A stretch of 29,572 nt of DNA from an archaeon. GTDB lineage: Archaea; Iainarchaeota; Iainarchaeia; Iainarchaeales; JAAZKV01. The notes beneath the pieces are model-generated. The model ran no database searches. It saw only the letters and a program-made list of their open reading frames with translations, and was not told the origin of the DNA. Location: assembly GCA_036170245.1 (NCBI GenBank), contig JAVHOV010000037.1, positions 1 to 29,572 of the forward strand, given 5' to 3'. The stretch's first letter is position 1. The number at the start of each line of letters is the position of its first letter. The translations under genes were made by a program, and so were the position numbers. Positions 10,695 to 18,837 of this stretch are shown here, one piece after another.

Positions 10695-11513
10695 TTAGAT
10701 GAACTTGATTTTGAAAATACTTGCTGCGATTAATAGTATTGCAAGCAAGATAATTAACAATAATATTCCCTTTGATTCAAATATTGATAAATTAATTTTT
10801 GACTTACTTGAATTGCTTGATGAACTGCTTGAAGAGTTTTTGTTAGAACTTTTTTTTGGGTTTGCAATATAAGAAATTCCTTCTTCAATTACCTGAGCAG
10901 AATAAGTAAACCAACTCTTTGGGTCCTTTAATTCATTGAAAGTTTCTTTAGTCAGTTCCATATACCCTTTTTGCCTTTCAGGAATTTCTTTAAGTCCGCT
11001 TATTGTTCCATCAACACAATTTATTGTCAAATTATATTTTTTGCCTTCAAGTGTTGCAATTGTCCAGTATTCAGGAAGCAATAACCTTCTTGGTTCTGAA
11101 ACAACTACATTTGATTTTGGGACATTAAAATGCTGTGCAGTTTTCAGTTGAAGAACTTCGTTTTGATCCTTTTTATCAATATTGCAATACCTTTCAGCAA
11201 ATTCTCCTCTTGGAACTTCTTGAATTGAATTACTCCAATTATGCTTTAATAATTCAACCAAATCAGTTCTGACTTTTATGCCATGCCCATCAACAGCCAA
11301 AATTCCATGCACTGTACTTTTGATTACGTTCTTTCCTTCGTTATCGTTTTCGATGTAGTAGTGATAATTAAATAAAAAATAGGGTACAAGAGTTAGCTTT
11401 AATGGAGCCAACTCAAAATCGTACCAGTTCTTCTTTTTGATTTCTTTTTTAAACTTCTCTGCTGCATCAGCAGTAGTAATTTTGATAGGCAATAAGGGGT
11501 TGCCTAAGTACAT
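10695..11513 (-). CDS. Hypothetical protein with a C-terminal membrane anchor, downstream of sepF
   Basis: 272-aa ORF with SD-like AGGGGATGA before the ATG, a Ser/Asn-rich linker and a C-terminal TM helix (GILLLIILLAILLIAASIF). Confidence 0.75.
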   Translation of the reverse strand: MYLGNPLLPIKITTADAAEKFKKEIKKKNWYDFELAPLKLTLVPYFLFNYHYYIENDNEGKNVIKSTVHGILAVDGHGIKVRTDLVELLKHNWSNSIQEVPRGEFAERYCNIDKKDQNEVLQLKTAQHFNVPKSNVVVSEPRRLLLPEYWTIATLEGKKYNLTINCVDGTISGLKEIPERQKGYMELTKETFNELKDPKSWFTYSAQVIEEGISYIANPKKSSNKNSSSSSSSNSSKSKINLSIFESKGILLLIILLAILLIAASIFKIKFI

Positions 11514-11527
11514 TCTAGTTCATCCCC

Positions 11528-11887
11528 TTACTTCTTCTTGATTATTTTAACTTTTGAAGGAGTTACAAGTATTCTTTCAGCTGAAATTCCTGCCATGTCT
11601 CCATCCATTGCTTTTACTTCTGATTTGATTCTACTTAGTAATTCTTTTAGCTTTGCTTTGTTTCTCTTGTTTAAATCAGCGATGTTAGCTAAAACAAGGT
11701 TTCCTTGCTTAACTTCTCTGATAACAGCTTCAGCATCAACATCAGTATTCAAATCCAAAGGCTTTACTAAAGCATCTGCATTTTCATATGTTTCTTCTTC
11801 AACTTGATCTAAAGTGTTCAAAAACTCGTCCAAGTTAACGTTGTCTTCTTTCTTCATTACTTTTTCAAAAAAACTCAAACTAACCAC
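11528..11887 (-). CDS. sepF: Archaeal cell division protein SepF (DUF552)
   Basis: 'DAEAVIREVKQGNLVLANI...DGDMAGISAERILVTPSKVKI' matches the SepF core. The true start may be TTG at 11878 (MSFFEK), with GGGGTG as the SD. Confidence 0.9.
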   Translation of the reverse strand: MVSLSFFEKVMKKEDNVNLDEFLNTLDQVEEETYENADALVKPLDLNTDVDAEAVIREVKQGNLVLANIADLNKRNKAKLKELLSRIKSEVKAMDGDMAGISAERILVTPSKVKIIKKK

Positions 11888-11928
11888 CCCGCTAAAAAGC
11901 GCGTCATTACACTAATTCTAAACAAAAT

Positions 11929-11948
11929 GTATAAAAAGCCCTTCTTTT
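11929..11948 (-). promoter_or_regulatory. Putative TATA promoter of sepF
   Basis: Minus strand reads AAAAGAAGGGC-TTTTTATAC, about 45 nt upstream of the start. Confidence 0.45.
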
Positions 11949-11964
11949 AGCTAAAAAACATAAC

Positions 11965-12013
11965 AAAAATAGTTTTTGAAATTTTTTTGAAACTAAAACA
12001 AAAAACTATTTTT
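11965..12013. repeat. Perfect 13-bp AT-rich inverted repeat
   Basis: AAAAATAGTTTTT (11965-11977) and AAAAACTATTTTT (12001-12013), 23-bp spacer. Confidence 0.7.
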
Positions 12014-12052
12014 TTAATAAAAAATTAATTTCAATTTTTTGTAACAAAATTC

Positions 12053-12120
12053 GAAAAGCATATAAATAGTAGTGGAAGTTTTTAATTGGAAGCCTCACTG
12101 CCACTATTTATATGGTTTTC
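12053..12120. promoter_or_regulatory. 17/18-bp inverted repeat whose arms are each BRE+TATA-like, upstream of cdc6
   Basis: GAAAAGCATATAAATAGT (12053-12070) versus the reverse complement of 12103-12120, GAAAACCATATAAATAGT. Confidence 0.7.
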
Positions 12121-12148
12121 CATTTCTAACATCTTTGGTTGAAGAAAA

Positions 12149-13360
12149 ATGGAAAATATTTTTGACAAACAAATGAATAAGGGGACAGTTTTTTTAAACA
12201 AAGATATTATTTCACCTCATCATATTCCAGTTAGTCTTCCTTTCAGAGATAAACAGATTGAAATTATTACGCAAGGATTAAGTGCAGTAATTAACAGTTC
12301 AAAACCAAATAATTTATTCATTTATGGAAAAACTGGAAGTGGCAAAACTTCAACAGTGAAACATGTATTAGAACAACTTGATGATTTTGTAAAAAGAAAT
12401 AATATTAGTTCACAATCATGTTACATCAACTGCAGAAGTCACGAGTCAAAATACAAAGTGTTACTAAAAGCTCTAAGATCATTTTATCCTGAAAAAGATT
12501 TTTTAGGATACAGTGCATCTTTTGTTTATGAAAAACTGCTTGAATTTGCAACAGCAAAAAAAGCCCACTTGATTTTGGTGCTTGATGAAATTGACAAAGT
12601 AAAAGATATTGATGAATTGGTTTATTCACTCAGCAGAGGAAACGATGAACTTCACGGCGGTTCAATTACAATGATAGGGATTTCAAACAACTTAATGTTT
12701 AAGGAAAAATTGGATCCTAGAACAAAATCATCTCTGTGTGAAAGAGAATTAGTTTTCAATCCTTATAATGCAAATGAATTGACTCAAATACTTACTGAGA
12801 GATGTGCCGTTGCGTTTAAACCTAATGTAGTTAGTGAAGGGGCAATATCTCTTGCTAGTGCCATAGCTGCACAAGAATCAGGAGATGCAAGAACCGCAGT
12901 AATGTTAATGCAAAGAGCAGGAGAAATAGCCGACAGCGAACAAACTGGAAGTTTAACTGAGGTTCACGTAGAAAAAGCTAAAGCAAGTGTAGAAGAAGAA
13001 ATAATTATTTCAATGATTTCAACTCTTCCCCAGCAGCAGCAACTAGTGCTTTATTCAATCTCTCAATTGACTCTCCAAAAAAGAGGAATAAGAAAAGTTA
13101 ATGGGGAAGTGGAAGAAGGAGTGCTTTACTCTGGCGAAATATTTGAAACATACTTAGAAATGGCAAAGAAATTTGGTGAAAGAACAATAACAAGCAGATG
13201 GTACAGACAATACATTAACGAACTTGAAATGTATGGGTTAATTTTAGTAACAAACTCTGGAAAAGGAATCAAAGGGCAAACTAGACTCGTAAAGTTAGGG
13301 TTTGATGCAGGAAAAATAAAAGGCGCACTTGAAAAAGAGTTATTCAAATCAATGAGCTAA
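12149..13360 (+). CDS. cdc6: Orc1/Cdc6 replication initiator
   Basis: Walker A GKTGSGKT, 'YINCR', Walker B LVLDEID, 'LDPRTKSSL', 'FNPYNANEL', sensor-2 GDARTA, and a C-terminal winged helix (INELEMYGLI). Confidence 0.96.
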   Translation: MENIFDKQMNKGTVFLNKDIISPHHIPVSLPFRDKQIEIITQGLSAVINSSKPNNLFIYGKTGSGKTSTVKHVLEQLDDFVKRNNISSQSCYINCRSHESKYKVLLKALRSFYPEKDFLGYSASFVYEKLLEFATAKKAHLILVLDEIDKVKDIDELVYSLSRGNDELHGGSITMIGISNNLMFKEKLDPRTKSSLCERELVFNPYNANELTQILTERCAVAFKPNVVSEGAISLASAIAAQESGDARTAVMLMQRAGEIADSEQTGSLTEVHVEKAKASVEEEIIISMISTLPQQQQLVLYSISQLTLQKRGIRKVNGEVEEGVLYSGEIFETYLEMAKKFGERTITSRWYRQYINELEMYGLILVTNSGKGIKGQTRLVKLGFDAGKIKGALEKELFKSMS

Positions 13361-13452
13361 TTTCTGTTTCTTAATTTTAAACAGTAAATGCTTTGCTTAA
13401 GAAATTAATAAAAACAACAAACACTATACTATTAGTGGTTTAGTGCTGCAAT

Positions 13453-14127
13453 ATGAAATCATCAAATATTGGACAAAAAAGATTTGTTTCAAGAGAAAGG
13501 TATTTTGTTGAAGGAAATGATGATGTGCTTCTTGGGAAAGGAAATGAAGGAAGAGTAAGATCAGTTAAAATTATTTCAAAAAAGAGGGCAAGACTTGCCG
13601 CAATGAAAATTCATCATATTTTTTCAAACAGAACTTTTCTTGCAAAAAGCAAAAAAATTTGGGTTGAGTTCAAAAAAGCAGGATTGCCTGTTCCAAAATT
13701 CTTTGTTCCTCTATTTAGGCAATCTGATAAAAATTATGGTTCTATTCTAATGGAGAATCTTAAAAATAAATATGGAAAATTAATTCCTGTAAATCCTCCT
13801 GCTAGCAGAGGATTTCCTACTTTTTTAAATACTCTTTTGGTTGCTCAAGATAAAAAATTAATAGTTGATTTGGCAGTTGATTTAGCAAAAATAAATTCGC
13901 TAGGTTATGAAACACACTTAGTTGATTTTTGGCATTTTTATAAAAAACAAAACGGAAAATACGACAGACTGATTTTGGATTATGGGCAATTAAAAAAATT
14001 GAATTCATCAAAAGCGCATAACTCAAGCAGCCAGCTTCTTTCAAACCATTTTGGAAAAGAAGAGTATAGTTTATTTGATAAAGTTTATCAGAAAAAATTC
14101 AGTGAACTTGAAGGAAAAAAGAATTAA
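13453..14127 (+). CDS. Atypical protein-kinase-like fold protein (basic)
   Basis: Gly-loop LGKGNEGRV, beta-3 Lys in LAAMK, RIO/Bud32-like GLPVPK, hinge ILMENL, and DFG-like ILDYG. The catalytic loop is non-canonical. Confidence 0.65.
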   Translation: MKSSNIGQKRFVSRERYFVEGNDDVLLGKGNEGRVRSVKIISKKRARLAAMKIHHIFSNRTFLAKSKKIWVEFKKAGLPVPKFFVPLFRQSDKNYGSILMENLKNKYGKLIPVNPPASRGFPTFLNTLLVAQDKKLIVDLAVDLAKINSLGYETHLVDFWHFYKKQNGKYDRLILDYGQLKKLNSSKAHNSSSQLLSNHFGKEEYSLFDKVYQKKFSELEGKKN

Positions 14128-14148
14128 TTATTTTTGAAGTTGATTTTT

Positions 14149-14988
14149 ATGAAGGTAACAAAACTTACTAGACAATACGCAGTTAATAGAAGAGTAAGAA
14201 AAACTACGACTGGATGGGATCCAAATTTAACTTTTTCTTATCCTTTGGTTGAAGGAATTAAAAAAATTTCAGGCGGACTTGAAAGACTTCCTATTTGGAG
14301 GCATCAAAAATTAATTCCTAGAGACCCTTTATTACTCAAAAAGCTTGGGATACAAAAAGGTGCAAAAATAAATTATTTTGCAAGTTTTTATGGGGATTGG
14401 GTTAGGACAATGGCCAAAGAAACTAAATTGAAAGCAACTGATGCAAATATTGGAATGAAGGAGTTTGTTCAAAGCAGAAAATATAAAATTCCTTTTCGTG
14501 CAATTGCTGCCCAATCTTATCCTAGAATAAAAAATGCATATGATTGGAGCGTAAGTTTTGAGCCGTTTCCTTTATTGCATATTGCTGGGCTTGAACTTAC
14601 TGCGATGAGGGGATTACTTAATAAAAAAGGGATGAAAATAATTACTTCTGCATACAAAAGCTCTCTTTTGGAAAAAGATTTTTCTTCAAAACTTGAAACT
14701 GTTGCAAGAATTTATGGGGCAGATTTATTGCAAAAAAAAGTAAACGTTCTTTCTTCAATGCAATACGGTCAAAAACCACAAAATGAATATGTTCATGTAA
14801 TTACTCTTTTTACAAACAATATTGCAAGAGAAAAAGTTTACAGAGATCTACAGTTAATTAGTGCAATTGAAAAGGGTAAAGCAAAAACTGAAAGTGAATT
14901 AATTGCTTTTGGATTAAAAATGGGGTTTAGTGAAGTGCAAGTGAGGGCTTCTCTAAAAAGAATTGAAAAACTTCCGCCGATTCTTTAA
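14149..14988 (+). CDS. Hypothetical basic protein, possibly a degenerate class I SAM-methyltransferase fold
   Basis: 'LGIQKGAKINYFASFYGDW...LKATDAN...YDWSVSFEPF' follows the order of MTase motifs I, II and IV, but the glycine motif is degenerate. ATG 14149 preferred to TTG 14134. Confidence 0.5.
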   Translation: MKVTKLTRQYAVNRRVRKTTTGWDPNLTFSYPLVEGIKKISGGLERLPIWRHQKLIPRDPLLLKKLGIQKGAKINYFASFYGDWVRTMAKETKLKATDANIGMKEFVQSRKYKIPFRAIAAQSYPRIKNAYDWSVSFEPFPLLHIAGLELTAMRGLLNKKGMKIITSAYKSSLLEKDFSSKLETVARIYGADLLQKKVNVLSSMQYGQKPQNEYVHVITLFTNNIAREKVYRDLQLISAIEKGKAKTESELIAFGLKMGFSEVQVRASLKRIEKLPPIL

Positions 14989-14998
14989 AAATTAGTAT

Positions 14999-15253
14999 TT
15001 ATTTTCTGATTTTCTCAATCCAAATCTTTTTGAAATAAGGTAATGAAAGAGTGGATAAAATAAATCCTAAAGTTGGAACAATTGCATTCAAAAAAGGATT
15101 TGCGACACTAGCATAAATAAAAAATAAAACAATTACCAAGTAAGTGAGTACTGCAATTATTATTTTTCTTGTGTAACTAGTTTCCCATTGCTTGTCAATT
15201 TCAACTCTTGAGTTTCTTTCTTTTATTTTTTGTATTTCTTTTTTTGTATTCAT
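14999..15253 (-). CDS. Small two-TM membrane protein (84 aa), hypothetical
   Basis: Start MNTKKE at ATG 15253 with a GGGGG SD, avoiding overlap with polC. 'IKERNSRVEIDKQWETS' followed by two hydrophobic helices. Confidence 0.75.
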   Translation of the reverse strand: MNTKKEIQKIKERNSRVEIDKQWETSYTRKIIIAVLTYLVIVLFFIYASVANPFLNAIVPTLGFILSTLSLPYFKKIWIEKIRK

Positions 15254-15269
15254 TGTTGCCCCCAACTTA

Positions 15270-18200
15270 CTAAACAAAATCAAAAAGACCTTTTTGCGAA
15301 ACCGCATCAGAACGGAATACTGAATTAATTTCCTTTTCAATCATATCAAGTCTTTGGATTAAGTAAGGGGATAAGTTTTCCTGTCGAGCCATGTTCTGGG
15401 CGATTTTTAGATACTTTCTTACAGAACCTTCATGAATTGTTAAAATAATGTTGCTCTTACCGCACTTGTAGCACTTTCCACTAAGTGGAACTCTTCTATA
15501 AATTTCGTTACAAGCAGTGCATCTAAAAGTCTGCCGAGAGAAAGCTCTTGCATTACCAATAATATCAGGCAAAAAGTGTGAGCCCATTACTTTCTCAAGA
15601 GCATCCTTAGCATTAACAGCCATTATTTTTTTCTGCAAAGTATTTTGTCTTTGTATTTTTTCATCCATTGTTTTTAGTTGAATGTAACGAGACATTTTTG
15701 GACCTTCATCAAATAATTCTGTGTTGTGAGTAAAACCCATTCCTGAATATTGATTTACTTTTCCTAAAAGATCTTTTACAGTATTAACAGGAACATTTGG
15801 TTCGCAAACATTCTGTGCTTTTTCGTATAGTTCAAGAGGGAGCTCCCAGCATGCTTCCATTTTGTGAACTTCATCATCAACTTCGCTAGGATTTAATATA
15901 ATTGTAAATACTAAAGGAGCATCCATTCTTCCTCCACTCTTATGAGACAAATATTTCTGTGAAAAGTTAAGGAGTGCATCCATTAAAAGTAAAAGCGAAT
16001 CCTGGTCCCCATCAACGTTTCTTCTCTTACCGCAGACATAATACGGGTGGCCGTAACCAAGTCTAGATTTAGTGTAACCTAAAATTCTTGAGTTAACCGC
16101 AGCTGAAGTGTGCGGAGCAAGTCCGAGTACCAAGTGTCCAATTAAATCTTCTTTAGTTTTTGCATTGTAAAATTTTTTCTGTTTATAAAATTTTTCAAGT
16201 TCTTCATCACAGAATTGGCTTACTCTTACAAGCCAGTCCCCACAAGTTTCATTAACTATAACATCTTGGGGGTAGATTTCAATTATCTGATTTGTATCAG
16301 TTAATTCTTTTCCGAAAATATCTTTTACGTATCCTAATTCCTTTACTTTTTCAATGCTTAAATTTATTTCTCTAGGTTTAAAGTGAGTGATTACTGCGTT
16401 AAGTAATTCAAATCTTGTTGTTCCATCTCTGAAAATGTGTATGTCATGCTTTGCTCTTAAAATTCCTTTTGCAATTGGCTCTACTTCCTTTGTTTCAGAA
16501 ATCATTCCCTTTACTCCCTTTGTAGGGTCAGGGAAAATATTTTCGCTCACACTTGCTTTTGCTTTTGTAACTAATTCTTTCAAATCAAATTCATGTTGGC
16601 CTGATTGCACTGTATCATTTCCGCACACTCCGCATTTTTCTCCAGTAACTGATTTTTGGCAGTGCTTACAGTAATTTAATCTTACGCCTACATTTCCGCA
16701 GTTAAAGCAGTAATGGTTGATTGAAATTTTTCTACATTCTGGGCAAAAGTATTCAGCTATTTCGATAGTAACTTTTCCATATTCATTGTAATTTTCATCA
16801 ATTGCTTTGTTTATGCTTCTTATATTTCCCCCTTTTAGTCCGATTGGGAATAAAACATGAGGATTTCCTTTCATCTGTCTTGGCTTTGCCTGTTCAGGTC
16901 TTCCCATTCTTCCGCCAATGAAAGAACCAGCTTTGTCTCTAATAGTCATTCCTGAAAGTTCGCTTAAGTATTCAAGCACACTATCCCTTGCACTTGTTTT
17001 CTTTTCAACAAGAGAAAAAGTGGCAATAATACTTTCTGCAAATTCATCAATTATTATTTTTCCTTTTTCTAATCTGTGAGGAAGACCAATTTTTTCCATA
17101 AACTTTTTTTCTTCTTCCTTGTTATCAATCGAGATTTTCACAACTTCTTCTCCATTTTCTTTTTTCTCTCTGATTATTTCACTAGTAAGCAAATATTCTC
17201 TTAATGCAATTATTTCTTTTGAATTAATTGCTTTGTAAAAGTGAATGAAGTTTGGATGAAGGGGTACACCAATTTCTTTGCTTAAAGTAAGTGCATCTTT
17301 CTCACTTATTTTTTCAAGGTCTTCTAAGTTCATTGTAAGAACTTTTTCCAATCCCAATTGAATTAATTTATTTTTTTTATTTTCATCAGTGCACGCTTTT
17401 CTTACTTCTTGTGTCCACCATTCTTCACAATATCCTGAAGGGACTAATGGGTGAGCACTCTTTCTAAAGTCTCCATAGGTTGCAAGCAAATCTCCTACAT
17501 AAAGAATTTTTTCAACTTGTACTTTCAAATCTTCAGCTTTTTGTCTTGTATTCACTCTTGCTACAGTTCCATCCTTTAGTAAAACAACAGGGCCTTCTAT
17601 TGTTGTGCAAGGGAAAAATTGAGTTGCTTTTCCTGGTCTTTCAATTCTTCCGTGAGTTCCGACTGCAATGAATTCATCAAGCATAATCATTGTTGCAGGA
17701 TTAATGGCTTTTGCCATAATTCCTGTGTTTCTTCCTTTACCATATCTTAATCTAAATCCGCCCCAAGCACTAGGGTAAGCAATAATCGGTCGCCCGGCAG
17801 CAAGTCTATCTAAATAGGATTTATTTGGCTTGACTTCAATTTTTGTTTGTGTTTTTTCAACCTTAACAATTTTTTCTAAAAAGTCCCAATTCAATCCTAA
17901 TTCTTTGGCAGTTCTCATTACCCATAAAGCTTTGAGTGCTAAACCTTCAGCAACAACAAGTCCCATTCCTCCTCTGATTCTATTTGAAGGAATTCTTGCT
18001 AAATCTCTGTGAGCTGAAACTTCCACTTCTTCAGTAGGAGGGCCATTAATACAAACAGGGCAACCACTAATAATAATTCTAATTTCTTCATCTTTCATTG
18101 TGTACTGTCTTGAAATTACTTCAGTTTGGTAAAGTCCGATTTCTTCAACGTAACGTTCCATTTCGTCTTGTGTAGGTTTGTAACGGTCAAGGTGCATGAA

Positions 18201-18791
18201 TTGTCTTGCATAATCTCCCAAAATTAATGGTATTACTGTTGAAGAACCTCCAGCAGCACGAATGGGCCCGGCAAAATAAATATCAATGTACTTTGAGCCA
18301 TCAGGATTAGTATTAATTTCTACTTTTGGAACTCCATCAAGCGGAGCTACAACAACTCCTTCAGTTTCAATTAACAGACAGGTTTTGATTCCGATTTCAA
18401 CTCTCTTTTGGTCATTAGGAATCTTCCACCATTTTTCTTCCAAAATTTCTTGGAACAATCTAAAGTAAGATTTTCTTCTGTCTTTAACTTCACTAAAAAT
18501 ATCTCTAAAAATTTTTGCGAGTCCCGGCAAACCAATAATAGTTTCTGCACGATCTGCCAAGTCCACTGCAGGAACTACTTCAACAACATCCGACAAATCT
18601 TTTCCGGTTGCTTTTGCGTTTTGTGCAATCTCGAAAACTTCTTTTGTTTGATTTTGAAGAGTTTTAAAATAATTTTGAATTTGAACTTCTGCAGGGAAAG
18701 TAATTTCTTGAGTAATCATTTCAATAGGAGTTAGTTTTTTTGCGTGTACTCCTCCTTCTTGTGCATGGATTTCTGTTACTCCTTCAATCAT
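15270..18791 (-). CDS. polC: DNA polymerase D large subunit DP2 (no intein)
   Basis: 'IYFAGPIRAAGGS', 'GGFRLRYG', 'IGGRMGRPE', Cys4 zinc clusters, catalytic KRRNVDGDQD, 'GGRMDAPL', 'FSRQTFRC', and a C-terminal PIP box QKGLFDF. Confidence 0.97.
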   Translation of the reverse strand: MIEGVTEIHAQEGGVHAKKLTPIEMITQEITFPAEVQIQNYFKTLQNQTKEVFEIAQNAKATGKDLSDVVEVVPAVDLADRAETIIGLPGLAKIFRDIFSEVKDRRKSYFRLFQEILEEKWWKIPNDQKRVEIGIKTCLLIETEGVVVAPLDGVPKVEINTNPDGSKYIDIYFAGPIRAAGGSSTVIPLILGDYARQFMHLDRYKPTQDEMERYVEEIGLYQTEVISRQYTMKDEEIRIIISGCPVCINGPPTEEVEVSAHRDLARIPSNRIRGGMGLVVAEGLALKALWVMRTAKELGLNWDFLEKIVKVEKTQTKIEVKPNKSYLDRLAAGRPIIAYPSAWGGFRLRYGKGRNTGIMAKAINPATMIMLDEFIAVGTHGRIERPGKATQFFPCTTIEGPVVLLKDGTVARVNTRQKAEDLKVQVEKILYVGDLLATYGDFRKSAHPLVPSGYCEEWWTQEVRKACTDENKKNKLIQLGLEKVLTMNLEDLEKISEKDALTLSKEIGVPLHPNFIHFYKAINSKEIIALREYLLTSEIIREKKENGEEVVKISIDNKEEEKKFMEKIGLPHRLEKGKIIIDEFAESIIATFSLVEKKTSARDSVLEYLSELSGMTIRDKAGSFIGGRMGRPEQAKPRQMKGNPHVLFPIGLKGGNIRSINKAIDENYNEYGKVTIEIAEYFCPECRKISINHYCFNCGNVGVRLNYCKHCQKSVTGEKCGVCGNDTVQSGQHEFDLKELVTKAKASVSENIFPDPTKGVKGMISETKEVEPIAKGILRAKHDIHIFRDGTTRFELLNAVITHFKPREINLSIEKVKELGYVKDIFGKELTDTNQIIEIYPQDVIVNETCGDWLVRVSQFCDEELEKFYKQKKFYNAKTKEDLIGHLVLGLAPHTSAAVNSRILGYTKSRLGYGHPYYVCGKRRNVDGDQDSLLLLMDALLNFSQKYLSHKSGGRMDAPLVFTIILNPSEVDDEVHKMEACWELPLELYEKAQNVCEPNVPVNTVKDLLGKVNQYSGMGFTHNTELFDEGPKMSRYIQLKTMDEKIQRQNTLQKKIMAVNAKDALEKVMGSHFLPDIIGNARAFSRQTFRCTACNEIYRRVPLSGKCYKCGKSNIILTIHEGSVRKYLKIAQNMARQENLSPYLIQRLDMIEKEINSVFRSDAVSQKGLFDFV

Positions 18792-18837
18792 ATCTTTTTC
18801 ACTTCTTTTATTTTTCCAAAAATAAATTTTTCCTTAA

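Noticed and set aside
10800..10860. Ser/Asn/Lys low-complexity run
   Set aside because: A protein linker with mixed codons, not a DNA tandem repeat.
15254..15340. N-terminal extension of the 113-aa ORF overlapping the polC 3' end
   Set aside because: A better start with an SD exists at 15253 and avoids the overlap.
15270..18791. Possible intein in DP2 (also considered for Cdc6)
   Set aside because: Lengths are normal, motifs are contiguous, and there are no intein splice or LAGLIDADG signatures.
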